NCBI GenBank assembly: GCA_027031765.1
Contig: JALVPN010000044.1
Span: 1 to 6,307 of the forward strand
Length of the DNA stretch: 6,307 bases
Reading direction: 5' to 3'
DNA from: Promethearchaeota archaeon
Lineage (GTDB): Archaea; Asgardarchaeota; Thorarchaeia; Thorarchaeales; Thorarchaeaceae
Position 1 is the first letter of the stretch; each line of letters begins with the position of its first letter. Shown here one piece after another: positions 5,584 through 6,307 of the stretch. The notes below the pieces were generated by a model. It saw nothing but the letters and a program-made list of their open reading frames with translations, made no database searches and had not been told where the DNA came from. The translations under genes were made by a program, and so were the position numbers.

Positions 5584-6307
5584 CTAGGTCGCTACCTTCT
5601 GCAGTATGATGCAGTAGTGGTGGTGCACATTGGACACGTACGTGGTCGGGTAGCCCCAGCAACCCAGCTGCTTGTTGTCCTGGCACCATATCTGTTCCTG
5701 TTGGAGGCGGTACGTATCGGACAGCGCCCTCGCGAGGTCCCACGCCACGGGTCTGAGGGTGCCATCAACATCGCGCACGTTCTGCGCCACGACGGTGAGG
5801 TAGGCCCCGTCTGCCAGGTATGCGCCTGCACATGCAATCGCTGTCGAGACCTCCTCTATGAACCGACCGTAGTCCTCGATGTTGCCCAGGTCGCGGTCGG
5901 ATGTGCTGTAGGTCTGCGGCAGTCCATTGCGTCGCCTCTTCTTGTGGACGGTCTCGTTGCCGCCACGTGACTTGTGGAGCATCGTCCAGTAGGGTGGCGA
6001 GGTGATGAAGTAGTGGAACACCGGGGGCTCGTCAAAGGCCTTGTGGAGGAGCCTGTCCACCTCTATCGCATCGCCTTCGATAAGGAGCTGCGTGCCCGAG
6101 CCACTGGTCTGTGACAGGTGGCGTCTGCCCACTGCCACGAATTCGGGGTTGAGCTCGATGCCGACGGCACTCCTACCGAGGGCACGACAGGCGATGGCTG
6201 TACTGCCGACGCCTGCGAACGGGTCGAGGACCCACTGGCCCGCCCTCGTGAAGAAACGGACGAACCTCGCCACGAGCTGTTCTGGGAACTTTGCTGGGTG
6301 TACGAGC
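5584..6307 (-). CDS. Amino-group (N4-cytosine/N6-adenine) DNA methyltransferase, 5' end outside the window
   Basis: The frame is open to the right edge: LVHPAKFPEQLV...VLDPFAGVGST (motif I)...GIELNPEF...ITSPPYW (motif IV, SPPY typical of N4mC enzymes)...DLGNIEDY...YLTVVAQN...HHYCIILQK. Confidence 0.85.
   Translation of the reverse strand, partial: LVHPAKFPEQLVARFVRFFTRAGQWVLDPFAGVGSTAIACRALGRSAVGIELNPEFVAVGRRHLSQTSGSGTQLLIEGDAIEVDRLLHKAFDEPPVFHYFITSPPYWTMLHKSRGGNETVHKKRRRNGLPQTYSTSDRDLGNIEDYGRFIEEVSTAIACAGAYLADGAYLTVVAQNVRDVDGTLRPVAWDLARALSDTYRLQQEQIWCQDNKQLGCWGYPTTYVSNVHHHYCIILQKVAT

Noticed and set aside
743-6307. A single functional system linking pho genes, TA pair, kinase, GNAT and MTase
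   Set aside because: phoU converges on the minus-strand block, the TA pair looks separately acquired, and no shared motif or pathway connects all the genes.

Overview
Archaeal chromosomal window of roughly 60% GC. The gene set is archaeal-type; an Asgard/Thorarchaeia-like origin is only a guess. From left to right it holds: (1) the edge-truncated 5' part of a phosphate ABC transporter binding protein gene (pstS, minus strand, missing from the ORF track); (2) a divergent AbrB-PhoU phosphate regulator; (3) a lower-GC HEPN + MNT toxin-antitoxin-type pair bracketed by a 13-bp direct repeat, with the MNT frameshifted near its 5' end; (4) an ADP-dependent sugar kinase with glucokinase-type signatures and a low-complexity insertion; (5) a two-lobed GNAT acetyltransferase resembling NAT16/HISAT; (6) a perfect 22-bp tandem repeat of 5.45 copies; (7) an edge-truncated N4-C/N6-A-type DNA methyltransferase with permuted motif order. 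Three signals stand out. The 22-bp array could act as a copy-number-dependent reading-frame switch between the MTase stop and the GNAT. A ~34-bp motif ending in the palindrome CTTCATATGAAG lies in front of both pstS and phoU (candidate Pho operator). The repeat-flanked HEPN-MNT cassette carries a broken antitoxin.
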